DNA from: an uncultured archaeon
GTDB lineage: Archaea; Asgardarchaeota; Lokiarchaeia; Sigyniarchaeales; SOKP01
Assembly (NCBI GenBank): GCA_964493715.1
Contig: CAZBPC010000011.1
Coordinates: 880 to 64,879, forward strand
Reading direction: 5' to 3'
Length of the DNA stretch: 64,000 bases
Below the pieces are notes generated by a model that did no database searches, was not told where the DNA came from, and was given only the letters and a program-made list of their open reading frames with translations. Positions 28,865 to 37,979 of the stretch are shown piece by piece. Both the position numbers and the translations under genes were made by a program. Numbering within the stretch: position 1 is the first letter of the stretch; every line of letters begins with the position of its first letter.

Positions 28865-30025
28865 ATGATAGCTAAATCAAAATCTTATGGAAATTATATA
28901 GGACCAAGAGCAATCTTCGATCAAAACTTTATTCCTCCCCAAATTTTACACCGACAAAAAGAAGAGCATTCACTTTTTTCGGTAGTGAATGATGCCATCA
29001 CAGATGATTTTGGAATTAACATAATTTACCAAGGAATAGAGGGTATCGGAAAGAAAGTAATTATCAATAAAGTTATTAACGATTTATTAAATCAAGATAA
29101 AAACTCTTCATATATCTATAAAATTAAAGTTGATTGCAAAGAAAAAAAACTTGAAGAACTTATTATATCACTGTTAAGTGAAATGAATGGAGTGTATAAT
29201 TTTAATTTAGATTTTCAACAAATATTAAATTTAAATTTACCAAATTTGTGGAACCTCTTTAAACTTGCTTGTCAAAAAGTCGACTATAATCTTCTCATAG
29301 CTTTCAATAATGTTGAACATTTAAATCCTGAAATTTTTAAGAAATTTCTTCATTTTGGGAATGAAAAAAATATGATTTTAATCTCTACTATTAATAAAGT
29401 TCTAAAACCAGCTGCTTATGACTTGCTCGGGTGTTTTGATTTGAAAATAAACTTGAATTATTTTTCTTATAATCAATTATGCGAAATTCTTCATCAACGG
29501 ATAGCTTTGGCATATACCGTAAATTTAGAAACAGATTTAGTAGAATTTATCACAGATTTAATATTCGAACATTACGTACCCGTACCAGGAAAGGGAGTTG
29601 ATATTTTAAGAGAATTATATCTCTTATTAAATTCAAAAAAGGATTATAAAGAATGCGGGGTATATGAAATAGTACAAAATCAATTTGATCCATTACAAAT
29701 ATCTGATGAATATAGCCTACTCGCATATATTTCTGAAGAGGAATTACTCACAATTATCTTTTTAGATAATTTGTCAAATTTTTTTTTAAAAAATACGAGA
29801 TATTATATAAGTTTTCAAGAATTAAAAGAATTATATCAAATATCTTGTGAATCCCTTGATTATAATATTTCCTTGGAAGAATTTGAAAGTTTAATAAATA
29901 TGTATCAAAATATCGGAATTTTATCCCTGTCAAAGAAAAATTTATTCAACAACTCTCGTTACTTCTTAATCATTCCCCCAAAACAACTAAAAGCAATTGT
30001 GGATGCCTTATTTACACAATTTTAA
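28865..30025 (+). CDS. Orc1/Cdc6-like AAA+ paralogue with degenerate Walker motifs
   Basis: Orc1-like N-terminus (FDQNFIPPQILHRQKEE). Walker A is GIEGIGKK (Lys in place of Ser/Thr). The Walker B position reads LLIAFNNVEHL (NN instead of DE). The C-terminus looks like a winged helix. Confidence 0.55.
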   Translation: MIAKSKSYGNYIGPRAIFDQNFIPPQILHRQKEEHSLFSVVNDAITDDFGINIIYQGIEGIGKKVIINKVINDLLNQDKNSSYIYKIKVDCKEKKLEELIISLLSEMNGVYNFNLDFQQILNLNLPNLWNLFKLACQKVDYNLLIAFNNVEHLNPEIFKKFLHFGNEKNMILISTINKVLKPAAYDLLGCFDLKINLNYFSYNQLCEILHQRIALAYTVNLETDLVEFITDLIFEHYVPVPGKGVDILRELYLLLNSKKDYKECGVYEIVQNQFDPLQISDEYSLLAYISEEELLTIIFLDNLSNFFLKNTRYYISFQELKELYQISCESLDYNISLEEFESLINMYQNIGILSLSKKNLFNNSRYFLIIPPKQLKAIVDALFTQF

Positions 30026-30075
30026 TTTTTTTTTCATAATTTTAACAATTTTATAGTACACAATTTTAATTTTTT
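30013..30075. repeat. pair of 19-bp direct repeats (tacacaattttaatttttt) at 30013-30031 and 30057-30075
   Basis: Read directly from the sequence. The first copy contains the stop codon of the Orc1-like gene. Confidence 0.6.
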
Positions 30076-30148
30076 AGTTGCCTTGGATATATATAGATGG
30101 AATTACTCATTATTTTAAGAAAGAGTTAATTTATGAGGAGATTTTTTT

Positions 30149-33100
30149 TTGACCTATATTAAAAAAATTTCAATGACAGGTTTTAAATCTTTTGGTGAAA
30201 GAACAGTAACCATTAGACTCTCAAGCGGATTCACTTGCATTGTTGGTCCAAATGGTGCGGGTAAATCTAATATAATTGATGCATTGTGTTTTGCTCTTGG
30301 ACGTTTAAGCAAAAAAACATTAAGAGCGAAAAGTTTAGAAGATTTAATTTTTGCAGGGTCTAGGGGTAAAAATCCTTCTCAGAGGGCGTCTGTAACCTTA
30401 TCTTTTGATAATTCCGAGAATATTTTTCCAGGAGGGACAGATACATTTGATATAACTCGCACTATTAAAAAGGGTGGAGGAGGAGGTTATAAAATGAATG
30501 AAAAAAAAACCACTCGTCAACAGATTCTTAATGCTCTAGCAGCTGCTAATATAGATCCAGATGGAAGTAATCAGTTTGTACTCCAAGGGAAGATTGTAGA
30601 ATTAACTCATATGAATGCAGAAGATCGGCGGTTATTTATCGAAGAACTTATTGGACTGCAAAAATATGATGAGATGAAAGATTCTACAATGAAAGAATTA
30701 GAAAAAGCTGAGAGAGATCTAGGCCAATTTGAAGCTATTTTTAAAGAAGTCTCCGCACAACTGAAAAAAGTTGAAAAAGAAAAGAATGATGCTCTCACTT
30801 GGAAAGAATTTGATGAAAAAATCAAATTGTATAATGCTCAACTCATTGCGTTAAAAATATCAAAATTACGTGAAGAAGAAGCTCAATTAGAATTAAAAAT
30901 TGAAGATACCAATAAAATTATTGAAGAGGTCAATGAAAAAATCATTGTACAAGAAGACGTTTTAAAACAGGAATCTCTTGTGATGGATAACATTCAGAAA
31001 ACCATTGTTGAGAAAGAGAAAGAAAAGGAAACTATAAATGAAACCATAACTCAATTAAAAACTAATTTATCTTCAAATCAAACTTCTCTAAATATTACAC
31101 AAAAATCCATAGATAAATTACGTCAAGAAATTAAGGCATTAGAAATGAACCAAATGGAATTACAAGAAGGTCAAACGTTTGATTCATTAATTGAAGAAGT
31201 TTCTACTGAAATAGTAGAAAAGGAAAACAGCATTGAAGATTTAAAAAAAGAGATAGAAGAAAAACAACAAAGTCAAGCAGAATTTGATGGAAAGATAAAA
31301 GATAAAAATGAGGAAAAATCCTCTCATGAGGCTGAGATTTCAAAAATTAAACAAAAAATTTCTTCAAACAATACGCAAATAACTCTGCTTAAGGAAACTA
31401 TACAGAAAAACAAGGATAAAAAAGAGAAATTAATATCAGAACTAAATCGTATTAAAGGAGACGCTGAAAATGTAGATGATGCGATGAAATTAATAAAAGA
31501 ACAAGAGACTCAAACAAGAAATAATATCAATGGAATGAGAGCTAAAATAAATGAGGAAAAAAATAAGCAAAAAGATTTAGAGGGGCAAGTCACTCGAATT
31601 CAAGAAGAAAAAAGCAAATTAAATACAAAATTAGCTGAAATGCAATCTTTCCTCTCCTCCGTGAATACTGAAATTAAAATGAATATGGATAGAATTGAGA
31701 GATTAAACTCACAAAAAGTTACTATTGAAGAGAAGATTCAAGAACTAAGCAAAGGAAAAGATTCTGAGGAAGCCCTAAAAGAATTATTTAAAGAAAAGGA
31801 TACTCTACTAAAAGAATTAAGTGAATTAAAAGCTAAAGCAAAAGAGCGAGATTCTACTTTTAGAAGGAATGAACAAAATTTGGAATTAATGGTTATGAAG
31901 CAAAACTCTATTGAGTCCATGATTTTAGATAATAAGGCAAAAATAGAAAATTTAAACACTAGATTAAAAATAAATGATAAAGAACTCACCAGTTTAGAGA
32001 GAGAAAAACGAGATTTTGAACAAAAAGTCTTCTCACTTGAATCACATTTAACTAAAAATGATAAAGAGCTTGAAAATTATAATATAAAAAAAGAAAATGT
32101 TCAAAGAAGGATCGGAGAATTAAATAAAGAAAAAGACAATCTTCTAAAAAAGATTGAGATTACAGAAAAAGAGTATGAAAGTAATACCGAAGATATCTCA
32201 GGAATTCTTCAAATTTTAAGCATGCTAACCCAAAATATTAATATTTCAGTGGAATCAATAAAAAGCAATATACAGCAGTCAAATGCAGAGGCTATTGATA
32301 CATCTGCTGAAGATTTTAGAAAATTTGTTTTAGATATCATTGATATTATAAAAACAATGGATTATCTTGAAGAGGAAAAGGATTCTAAAGCTTCATCCAA
32401 CACACTCCATTCAATTCTTCAAACGCTTAATTTATTCACTAATAATGTTGATTTAACCATTGATCAACTAATTAGTAGAGTAAAAGAATCGGCAGATGTT
32501 GAAATCCAACAATCTACCTCAACTATTGATACACTAATTCAAGATTTGATGGAAATCCTTGAAAATGTCCATCTATCTTTGAGAAAACTCACAATGTCAA
32601 AAAGTCAAGAACTTTACAAGCAATTAGAAGAAATTTCTGAAAATATTAATTCTCAGAATGATGATTTAAACGAGATTGAGATGAAGGTCACGGAATTAAC
32701 CATTCAAAATAAACACGATTCCGAATCAATTACAGTCTCTAGTCAACGATTAGACGTGGTAAATAAACGCATACAAGAATTATCATATAATTTAAAGATA
32801 TATAATGAGGAAATTAAACAAAGAACTGAACAGATCAATAAAAAACAAGAAGAAAATCTTTTAGAATCAATAAATTCTTTAAAAACTTCCCGAGAGAGTT
32901 ATTGGGAGAAAAATGCGGTTTTACAATCTGAGATCGAAGAAAAACAAAGGGAATTGGATAGTCTTCAAAATAAATTGCAGGAACTTAAGGGAATCGAAAA
33001 TCTGATTGAATCTATGGTGGAAATCGATAAAAACGTTTTAGAATTAAATACTAAAAACGCAGAAAAGAAAGAGGTAATATTAAATACTGAAAAAGAAATT

Positions 33101-34585
33101 ACGACAAAAGAAGAAGAACGAAAAATTTTCGATGCAAACATTGAGCAATTAACAAAATCCAAAGATAAGTTTTGGGAGAATACTGAAGAACTCAATGCTC
33201 AAATTGATGAAGAAAATAAAATACTCGAAGAAACAATCGATAGACTCAGATCTCTAGAAAATATTATGATGATCATCAATAACATTGAAGAATTGACTAA
33301 AGAAAATGAAGATTCTGAAAATAACATCAAAACATGCTTGGGAGCTATTGAAGAAGCTAATATTGGAGTCGAAGATATTCAAAAACTCATCGATAAAATA
33401 CAACAGGAAATAATTGCATTTAGAGAGGAAAAAACTGAAGAACTTGAAGTACAAAAGAAAGCTCAGACCACACTTAATAAGTTTAATAAAGATCTTCAAA
33501 AAACCCAAAAGAAACTAAATGAGCTCAATAAGAATAAAGAACGCGAACAACAAATTGTAAACCTTAACCAAGATATCGAAGATACTGAAAAACAAATCCA
33601 AACAACTTTAAGCGAGATTGAGGTAATTAATAAGAACCTCGAAAGTGAAAATGAAAAGAAAATAATAAAACAACAAGATTTAGACGCACATGTTAAAGAA
33701 AAGGATGAATCTTGGAAACGACAAAAGGGATACCAAAAGACATTGAATGACCTCAAATCTGATCTTTCAATGGAACGATCGAAATTAAGCAATTTTGAAT
33801 CAAAAAAAACCATAAGCACTGAACAAATTGAAACGCTCTATCATAGATCTAAAGATTACGGCGCTTTACCACCAGTTACTGATGAACTTTCGGAAACTGG
33901 ACTCCAATCAGATATAATGGAAACTAATAAGAAAAAACAAGCACTCGAACCCGTTAACTTAAAAGCTATCGAGCAATATGACGCAGTAAAAGAGCGTTTT
34001 GATGAAATTGATATGCGAAGACAAACCATTCAGCGAGAACGCAAGTCAATTCTAGATGCAATTGATAAGATTGAACTCGAAAAGACTCGAACCTTTATGA
34101 AAGCATATCATGAGATCAACCGTGAATTCAGCCGGATATTCCAACAACTTAGCCCTGGTGGATCAGCCAAGATGATATTAGATCGACCTGATAAACCATT
34201 TGAAGGGGGAGTTTCCATCGAAGCTCGACCACGAGGTAAAAAAATCAGTAGCCTTGAAATTCTCAGTGGAGGGGAAAAAACTCTCGTAGCGCTCGCATTC
34301 ATTTTCGCGGTCCAGGAGTTTTACCCTGCTCCGTTTTATGTACTTGATGAGATCGATGCGGCCTTGGACGGTCCAAATGTTCACAGGGTTTCGACAGTCA
34401 TAAAAGAGTTTGCTTCACAAGCTCAATTCATGGTCATCAGTCATCGAGAGGAGAATATCGTCAATGCTGATCGTATATATGGCGTATCGATGCAACAATC
34501 AGGAATTACAGATATCTTTAATGTAGATTTAGAAGAGGAGGCAAAACGCATTCTTGAACTTCCAGATGTAGCTGAAACAGAATAA
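30149..34585 (+). CDS. smc: SMC-family ATPase, unusually long (1478 aa), present C-terminal tail supplied by an insertion
   Basis: N-terminal FKSF...GPNGAGKSNIIDA, Q-loop LQGK, C-terminal LSGGEKTLVALAFIFA and FYVLDEIDAALD. About 1,100 aa of K/E-rich coiled coil lie in between. TTG start preceded by GGAG. Confidence 0.85.
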   Translation: MTYIKKISMTGFKSFGERTVTIRLSSGFTCIVGPNGAGKSNIIDALCFALGRLSKKTLRAKSLEDLIFAGSRGKNPSQRASVTLSFDNSENIFPGGTDTFDITRTIKKGGGGGYKMNEKKTTRQQILNALAAANIDPDGSNQFVLQGKIVELTHMNAEDRRLFIEELIGLQKYDEMKDSTMKELEKAERDLGQFEAIFKEVSAQLKKVEKEKNDALTWKEFDEKIKLYNAQLIALKISKLREEEAQLELKIEDTNKIIEEVNEKIIVQEDVLKQESLVMDNIQKTIVEKEKEKETINETITQLKTNLSSNQTSLNITQKSIDKLRQEIKALEMNQMELQEGQTFDSLIEEVSTEIVEKENSIEDLKKEIEEKQQSQAEFDGKIKDKNEEKSSHEAEISKIKQKISSNNTQITLLKETIQKNKDKKEKLISELNRIKGDAENVDDAMKLIKEQETQTRNNINGMRAKINEEKNKQKDLEGQVTRIQEEKSKLNTKLAEMQSFLSSVNTEIKMNMDRIERLNSQKVTIEEKIQELSKGKDSEEALKELFKEKDTLLKELSELKAKAKERDSTFRRNEQNLELMVMKQNSIESMILDNKAKIENLNTRLKINDKELTSLEREKRDFEQKVFSLESHLTKNDKELENYNIKKENVQRRIGELNKEKDNLLKKIEITEKEYESNTEDISGILQILSMLTQNINISVESIKSNIQQSNAEAIDTSAEDFRKFVLDIIDIIKTMDYLEEEKDSKASSNTLHSILQTLNLFTNNVDLTIDQLISRVKESADVEIQQSTSTIDTLIQDLMEILENVHLSLRKLTMSKSQELYKQLEEISENINSQNDDLNEIEMKVTELTIQNKHDSESITVSSQRLDVVNKRIQELSYNLKIYNEEIKQRTEQINKKQEENLLESINSLKTSRESYWEKNAVLQSEIEEKQRELDSLQNKLQELKGIENLIESMVEIDKNVLELNTKNAEKKEVILNTEKEITTKEEERKIFDANIEQLTKSKDKFWENTEELNAQIDEENKILEETIDRLRSLENIMMIINNIEELTKENEDSENNIKTCLGAIEEANIGVEDIQKLIDKIQQEIIAFREEKTEELEVQKKAQTTLNKFNKDLQKTQKKLNELNKNKEREQQIVNLNQDIEDTEKQIQTTLSEIEVINKNLESENEKKIIKQQDLDAHVKEKDESWKRQKGYQKTLNDLKSDLSMERSKLSNFESKKTISTEQIETLYHRSKDYGALPPVTDELSETGLQSDIMETNKKKQALEPVNLKAIEQYDAVKERFDEIDMRRQTIQRERKSILDAIDKIELEKTRTFMKAYHEINREFSRIFQQLSPGGSAKMILDRPDKPFEGGVSIEARPRGKKISSLEILSGGEKTLVALAFIFAVQEFYPAPFYVLDEIDAALDGPNVHRVSTVIKEFASQAQFMVISHREENIVNADRIYGVSMQQSGITDIFNVDLEEEAKRILELPDVAETE
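34552..34569. repeat. left copy of an 18-bp direct repeat (tcttgaacttccagatgt), inside the smc 3' end
   Basis: Identical 18-mer at 37962-37979. The flanks diverge immediately on both sides. Confidence 0.85.
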
Positions 34586-34613
34586 ATAAGGTTATAAAAA
34601 ATAGATAAAAAAT

Positions 34614-37268
34614 CTAATATTCTTTCCTACATTTATAACAAGGCTCAATGTTTTGCTTTCGTAATTGTTTGAAGTTCTTTGGGGTCATAGTGAATTTGTG
34701 ATTTCTTTCACATTTAATTTGTACTTTTATAGTATTTTTTTCATATTCTGAAATCAGCGAATAATTCATTGTTTTGAGCATTTCGAGGAACTTATTTTTT
34801 GCTGCTTCAATTTTTGCTAGATTAGGATCGTTACATATCTTGCACCAATGACCTTGGTAGATAGCTCCCGGTATGGGTTCCCAAATGTGCCCTTTTTTAC
34901 ATCGAATTTTTATGGGTTTGAACCTACCCTTGTAAGGAGTTAATATCTCACCGCCTTTATTAAGCACAATTTCCTTAAATTTGTTAGCATTTATGTCCAT
35001 TTGGCATTTTGGGCACAATATTTCAATTGTTTTGCTATTTCTCTTCAGCCAGTATGGATCTTTTCTAAACCTGTGCCCTCTATCGCACTTGAAATGTAAG
35101 GATGTTTTTGCGTTTACATATTCATCAAGCAATTCACAATCAAACATCCTTCCTATTTCTTGGAATTCCTCACTTGTTCCTTTTTTGTTTCCAACACATT
35201 CAGGGCACCAATTATTCATATATATGGAATTAGGAGTGGTTCTCCATTCATGTCCACGTTCACATAAGAGGGTAACTTCTTTTTTTGCTGTAAAATAAGG
35301 AGTTAATAGAGTTCCTCCTTTTTCTTCAACATAGTTTCTGAATTTCTTAGCATTTTTATTTTCATAAATCGAAAATTCACGATAGTCATATTTTGGAATG
35401 ACCTCCAGAGATTTCCCCGATTTTCTTTCGTATTCTTTTACAATATAATCTTGCATTTTATCATAGGGCACAATTTCATCGTCGGGTATTTGGAGGAGTG
35501 ACACTCCATTTTCTTCACATTTTTTTAACTTGTAAGCATCTTCTTTTTGTATATTCTTTATATCCTCATCTTTAAGCCCAAATGCTTTCTTGCGATGTTG
35601 AATCCCTTGATATTCACCTGCTAGAGCTAAATTTTTGTTATACATATCAAGCTCCATTTGATTTCCGTTTTTATTAACAAGCCAAGGAGGATAGCTTTTC
35701 GGGAATGGTCGCTTAAAAACATGCTCAAAAAATTGCCTGCAAATTGTTTCTCCAACATAAATGTGGCAATTAGGGCACCACGTACCGTGATATACTAAAC
35801 TATCATAAGAAGTGCTAAACTTATGCCCTTCTGCACATTCAAGTTGAATTTTTGATTTCGCATTTTTAATGGTCATAGAAAGGCACTTTCCTCCTTTCTT
35901 CTTAGCTATCTCTTTTACAGTGTCAATTGATACATGCATTTGAGTTCGAATAAATTCTTCGTAGTTCTCATCAGGAAACATTTTTTGTAAGAAATTTCGT
36001 GCTGCAGTATCACTAATGAGGAGCCACTCTTGGATGTCATATGCGTTGTATATACCCTTGTTATTATGAATTTTTTCTCGAATTGTTTTATTTAAAACAT
36101 CTTCCTCCATGATTTTAGAGATTAAGTTGATATAATATGAAATAGTCTTTAGTTGGTCTTTATTTTCCAGCTTTTCTTTCTTCTCAGCTAAAAAATTTAA
36201 GAATGTTTTGGTTGGTTTGAAATTTTTAATCCAATTACTTGATTTATTGAATTCAGTGATAACTTGGTTTATAAAATCATTATCATGAGTATAGTCTAAA
36301 AATTGTTCAAACAATTCAGAATTTTGAGAAGAAGCATCAATCATTTGATTTTTATTTATACTAAAGTTTTTTAACTCCTCATGGAAATCCTCATCTTGTC
36401 GATGATTCTCAATTTTGATAAGACTCATTATTCCTGATTTAGTAAACTTTTGAGTTAACCCTTCTCCATAAAATTCGTGATATGCGGAAAATACATCAAA
36501 TGCGGTTAATTTCGCTCTCTTAACTTCTCTACTTTCAAGATTTAAACCAAGAAGACATCTACACGTTCCAACATTTAAGATATCATCATAATTCTGCTTG
36601 ATGTCATATAAACTCCTTTCTCGCGTGTTTTCTGGGGAATTCAGCACATCATTGCTCCTCAAAATGCCTTTTTGCCAATCATTCAAGTGATTTCTAAGTG
36701 ATTTAGAAAGTGGTCTAAGTTTTTGATGATCATTGAGGATTTCGGAATGTATTCGAAGGTGCTTGAGGAGTCGTGTGTATTGATTGATGATTTCTTTCAT
36801 CCCATCTTTTATTGCTTTACTTATTTTATTGAGATTCGTATCATCCCCTTTTTTCAAAGCTTTTTTCTGTTTTCTGGTTAACTGCTTGAGATATCCATTG
36901 GAAATCCCGTCCATGTAGCGGGAAACTATGGGTGCCCCTCTTCCACTTGTGATACAGTAGATCCATCCTCTTACGAAGGTTTCTAATTCTTGAGGGAATT
37001 TTGAACGTATTTCCTCAAGTAATTTACTTGGCGGGAGTGCTGACTTGTCAAAAAAACAAGCTAAGGTGGCGTCCGTGAAATTTCCAATCATTTCATCCAC
37101 ATAGATTAAGGAGAGATGATGTTTCTTACATTTGGGATGCTTTCCAAATCCAAAGAACCTGAATTTAAGCGGTTTTACCCGTGTCATGTACTCACATCCA
37201 AAAAGAGGGTAAATTGCAATCCGATCTTCACCAACCGTTTTTCGTGATACTCCAATGTCCTCATTCAT
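34614..37268 (-). CDS. 884-aa protein with five zinc-ribbon modules, a PD-(D/E)XK (Vsr-like) nuclease core and an unknown N-terminal region
   Basis: Five repeats of C-x2-GH-x(n)-C-x2-C: CAEGHKF..WCPNC, CERGHEW..WCPEC, CDRGHRF..CPKC, CKKGHIW..WCKIC, CERNHKF..CYKC. Between modules 1 and 2 lies GETICRQFFE...ELDMYNKNLALAGEYQGIQH...D..K...NGVSLLQIP, which resembles Vsr/DUF559-type endonuclease cores. Confidence 0.7.
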   Translation of the reverse strand: MNEDIGVSRKTVGEDRIAIYPLFGCEYMTRVKPLKFRFFGFGKHPKCKKHHLSLIYVDEMIGNFTDATLACFFDKSALPPSKLLEEIRSKFPQELETFVRGWIYCITSGRGAPIVSRYMDGISNGYLKQLTRKQKKALKKGDDTNLNKISKAIKDGMKEIINQYTRLLKHLRIHSEILNDHQKLRPLSKSLRNHLNDWQKGILRSNDVLNSPENTRERSLYDIKQNYDDILNVGTCRCLLGLNLESREVKRAKLTAFDVFSAYHEFYGEGLTQKFTKSGIMSLIKIENHRQDEDFHEELKNFSINKNQMIDASSQNSELFEQFLDYTHDNDFINQVITEFNKSSNWIKNFKPTKTFLNFLAEKKEKLENKDQLKTISYYINLISKIMEEDVLNKTIREKIHNNKGIYNAYDIQEWLLISDTAARNFLQKMFPDENYEEFIRTQMHVSIDTVKEIAKKKGGKCLSMTIKNAKSKIQLECAEGHKFSTSYDSLVYHGTWCPNCHIYVGETICRQFFEHVFKRPFPKSYPPWLVNKNGNQMELDMYNKNLALAGEYQGIQHRKKAFGLKDEDIKNIQKEDAYKLKKCEENGVSLLQIPDDEIVPYDKMQDYIVKEYERKSGKSLEVIPKYDYREFSIYENKNAKKFRNYVEEKGGTLLTPYFTAKKEVTLLCERGHEWRTTPNSIYMNNWCPECVGNKKGTSEEFQEIGRMFDCELLDEYVNAKTSLHFKCDRGHRFRKDPYWLKRNSKTIEILCPKCQMDINANKFKEIVLNKGGEILTPYKGRFKPIKIRCKKGHIWEPIPGAIYQGHWCKICNDPNLAKIEAAKNKFLEMLKTMNYSLISEYEKNTIKVQIKCERNHKFTMTPKNFKQLRKQNIEPCYKCRKEY

Positions 37269-37888
37269 GATAACAATCTCTCCTCTCGAAGTTTTGTAGA
37301 ACTTGCATTCTTCACTCGTGATACTTCTCCTATTAAATCCTTAAGTTCTTTCTCTAAATTACCATAATTTATTTCAAGTTCATCATAAAACGTGTAAAAT
37401 TCCGCGTTTAAGCACTTTTTCACAAAAATAATGTTTTTACTTAGTATTACGATAAATTTAAGAAATTTAGGATGGTCATAAATGCTTCCCTCTGAAAAAG
37501 AGTGAATCAAGTTGGAAATTTTTTCAGTAACATTTGAAAGTTTGTTAAGCCTTGTTGGTTTCTTATCAAAATGCAGATAATATATATCTTGTTCAATCGT
37601 GCTGCCATCTCTCTTAAGACTTTTTAGCAAGGATATGAATTCCTGAGATAATGATTCAATCTTTTGTTTTTGGGTATAAAACGTGCTTTTGGTGTAACTC
37701 TTGTTCGGATCACGATTAGAAGGAACATTAGATTGAAATCTAAATTGGATTACTTCTGCTTTATAATTGAAAAAGGTTCGAAGTTGTCGAGACAATTCCT
37801 TTATCTTTCTTGCACCTTCTTTTTCATAGATATCACTAAAAAGGGCATCAAGTTCTGATTCTGTATAAAAATCAATATAATCTGTCAT
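37265..37888 (-). CDS. hypothetical protein (207 aa), translationally coupled to the 884-aa gene
   Basis: 4-nt ATGA overlap with the downstream gene. No motif recognised. Confidence 0.55.
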   Translation of the reverse strand: MTDYIDFYTESELDALFSDIYEKEGARKIKELSRQLRTFFNYKAEVIQFRFQSNVPSNRDPNKSYTKSTFYTQKQKIESLSQEFISLLKSLKRDGSTIEQDIYYLHFDKKPTRLNKLSNVTEKISNLIHSFSEGSIYDHPKFLKFIVILSKNIIFVKKCLNAEFYTFYDELEINYGNLEKELKDLIGEVSRVKNASSTKLREERLLS

Positions 37889-37961
37889 AAGTCATTATTC
37901 TGCCTAATTTACTATCTAATTATAACAGTTATATTTAAAGAGCAAAAATAGTTAAGATAAA

Positions 37962-37979
37962 TCTTGAACTTCCAGATGT
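37962..37979. repeat. right copy of the 18-bp direct repeat
   Basis: Identical to 34552-34569. Confidence 0.85.

Larger units (their letters stand above)
34570..37961. mobile_element. about 3.4-kb inserted cassette (two genes) bounded by 18-bp direct repeats in the smc 3' end
   Basis: Perfect direct repeats at 34552-34569 and 37962-37979. Downstream of the right copy the smc reading frame continues (PEDDKDNL, then stop). After the left copy a different short tail (AETE, then stop) is supplied by the insert. Confidence 0.6.

Noticed and set aside
30607-34384. Seven antisense ORFs (64-107 aa) inside smc, from the ORF track (for example 33496-33819 and 33254-33508).
   Set aside because: Their translations are low-complexity S/F/L-rich strings. 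That is what reading the reverse strand of a K/E-rich coiled-coil gene produces. They have no motifs and no independent start context.
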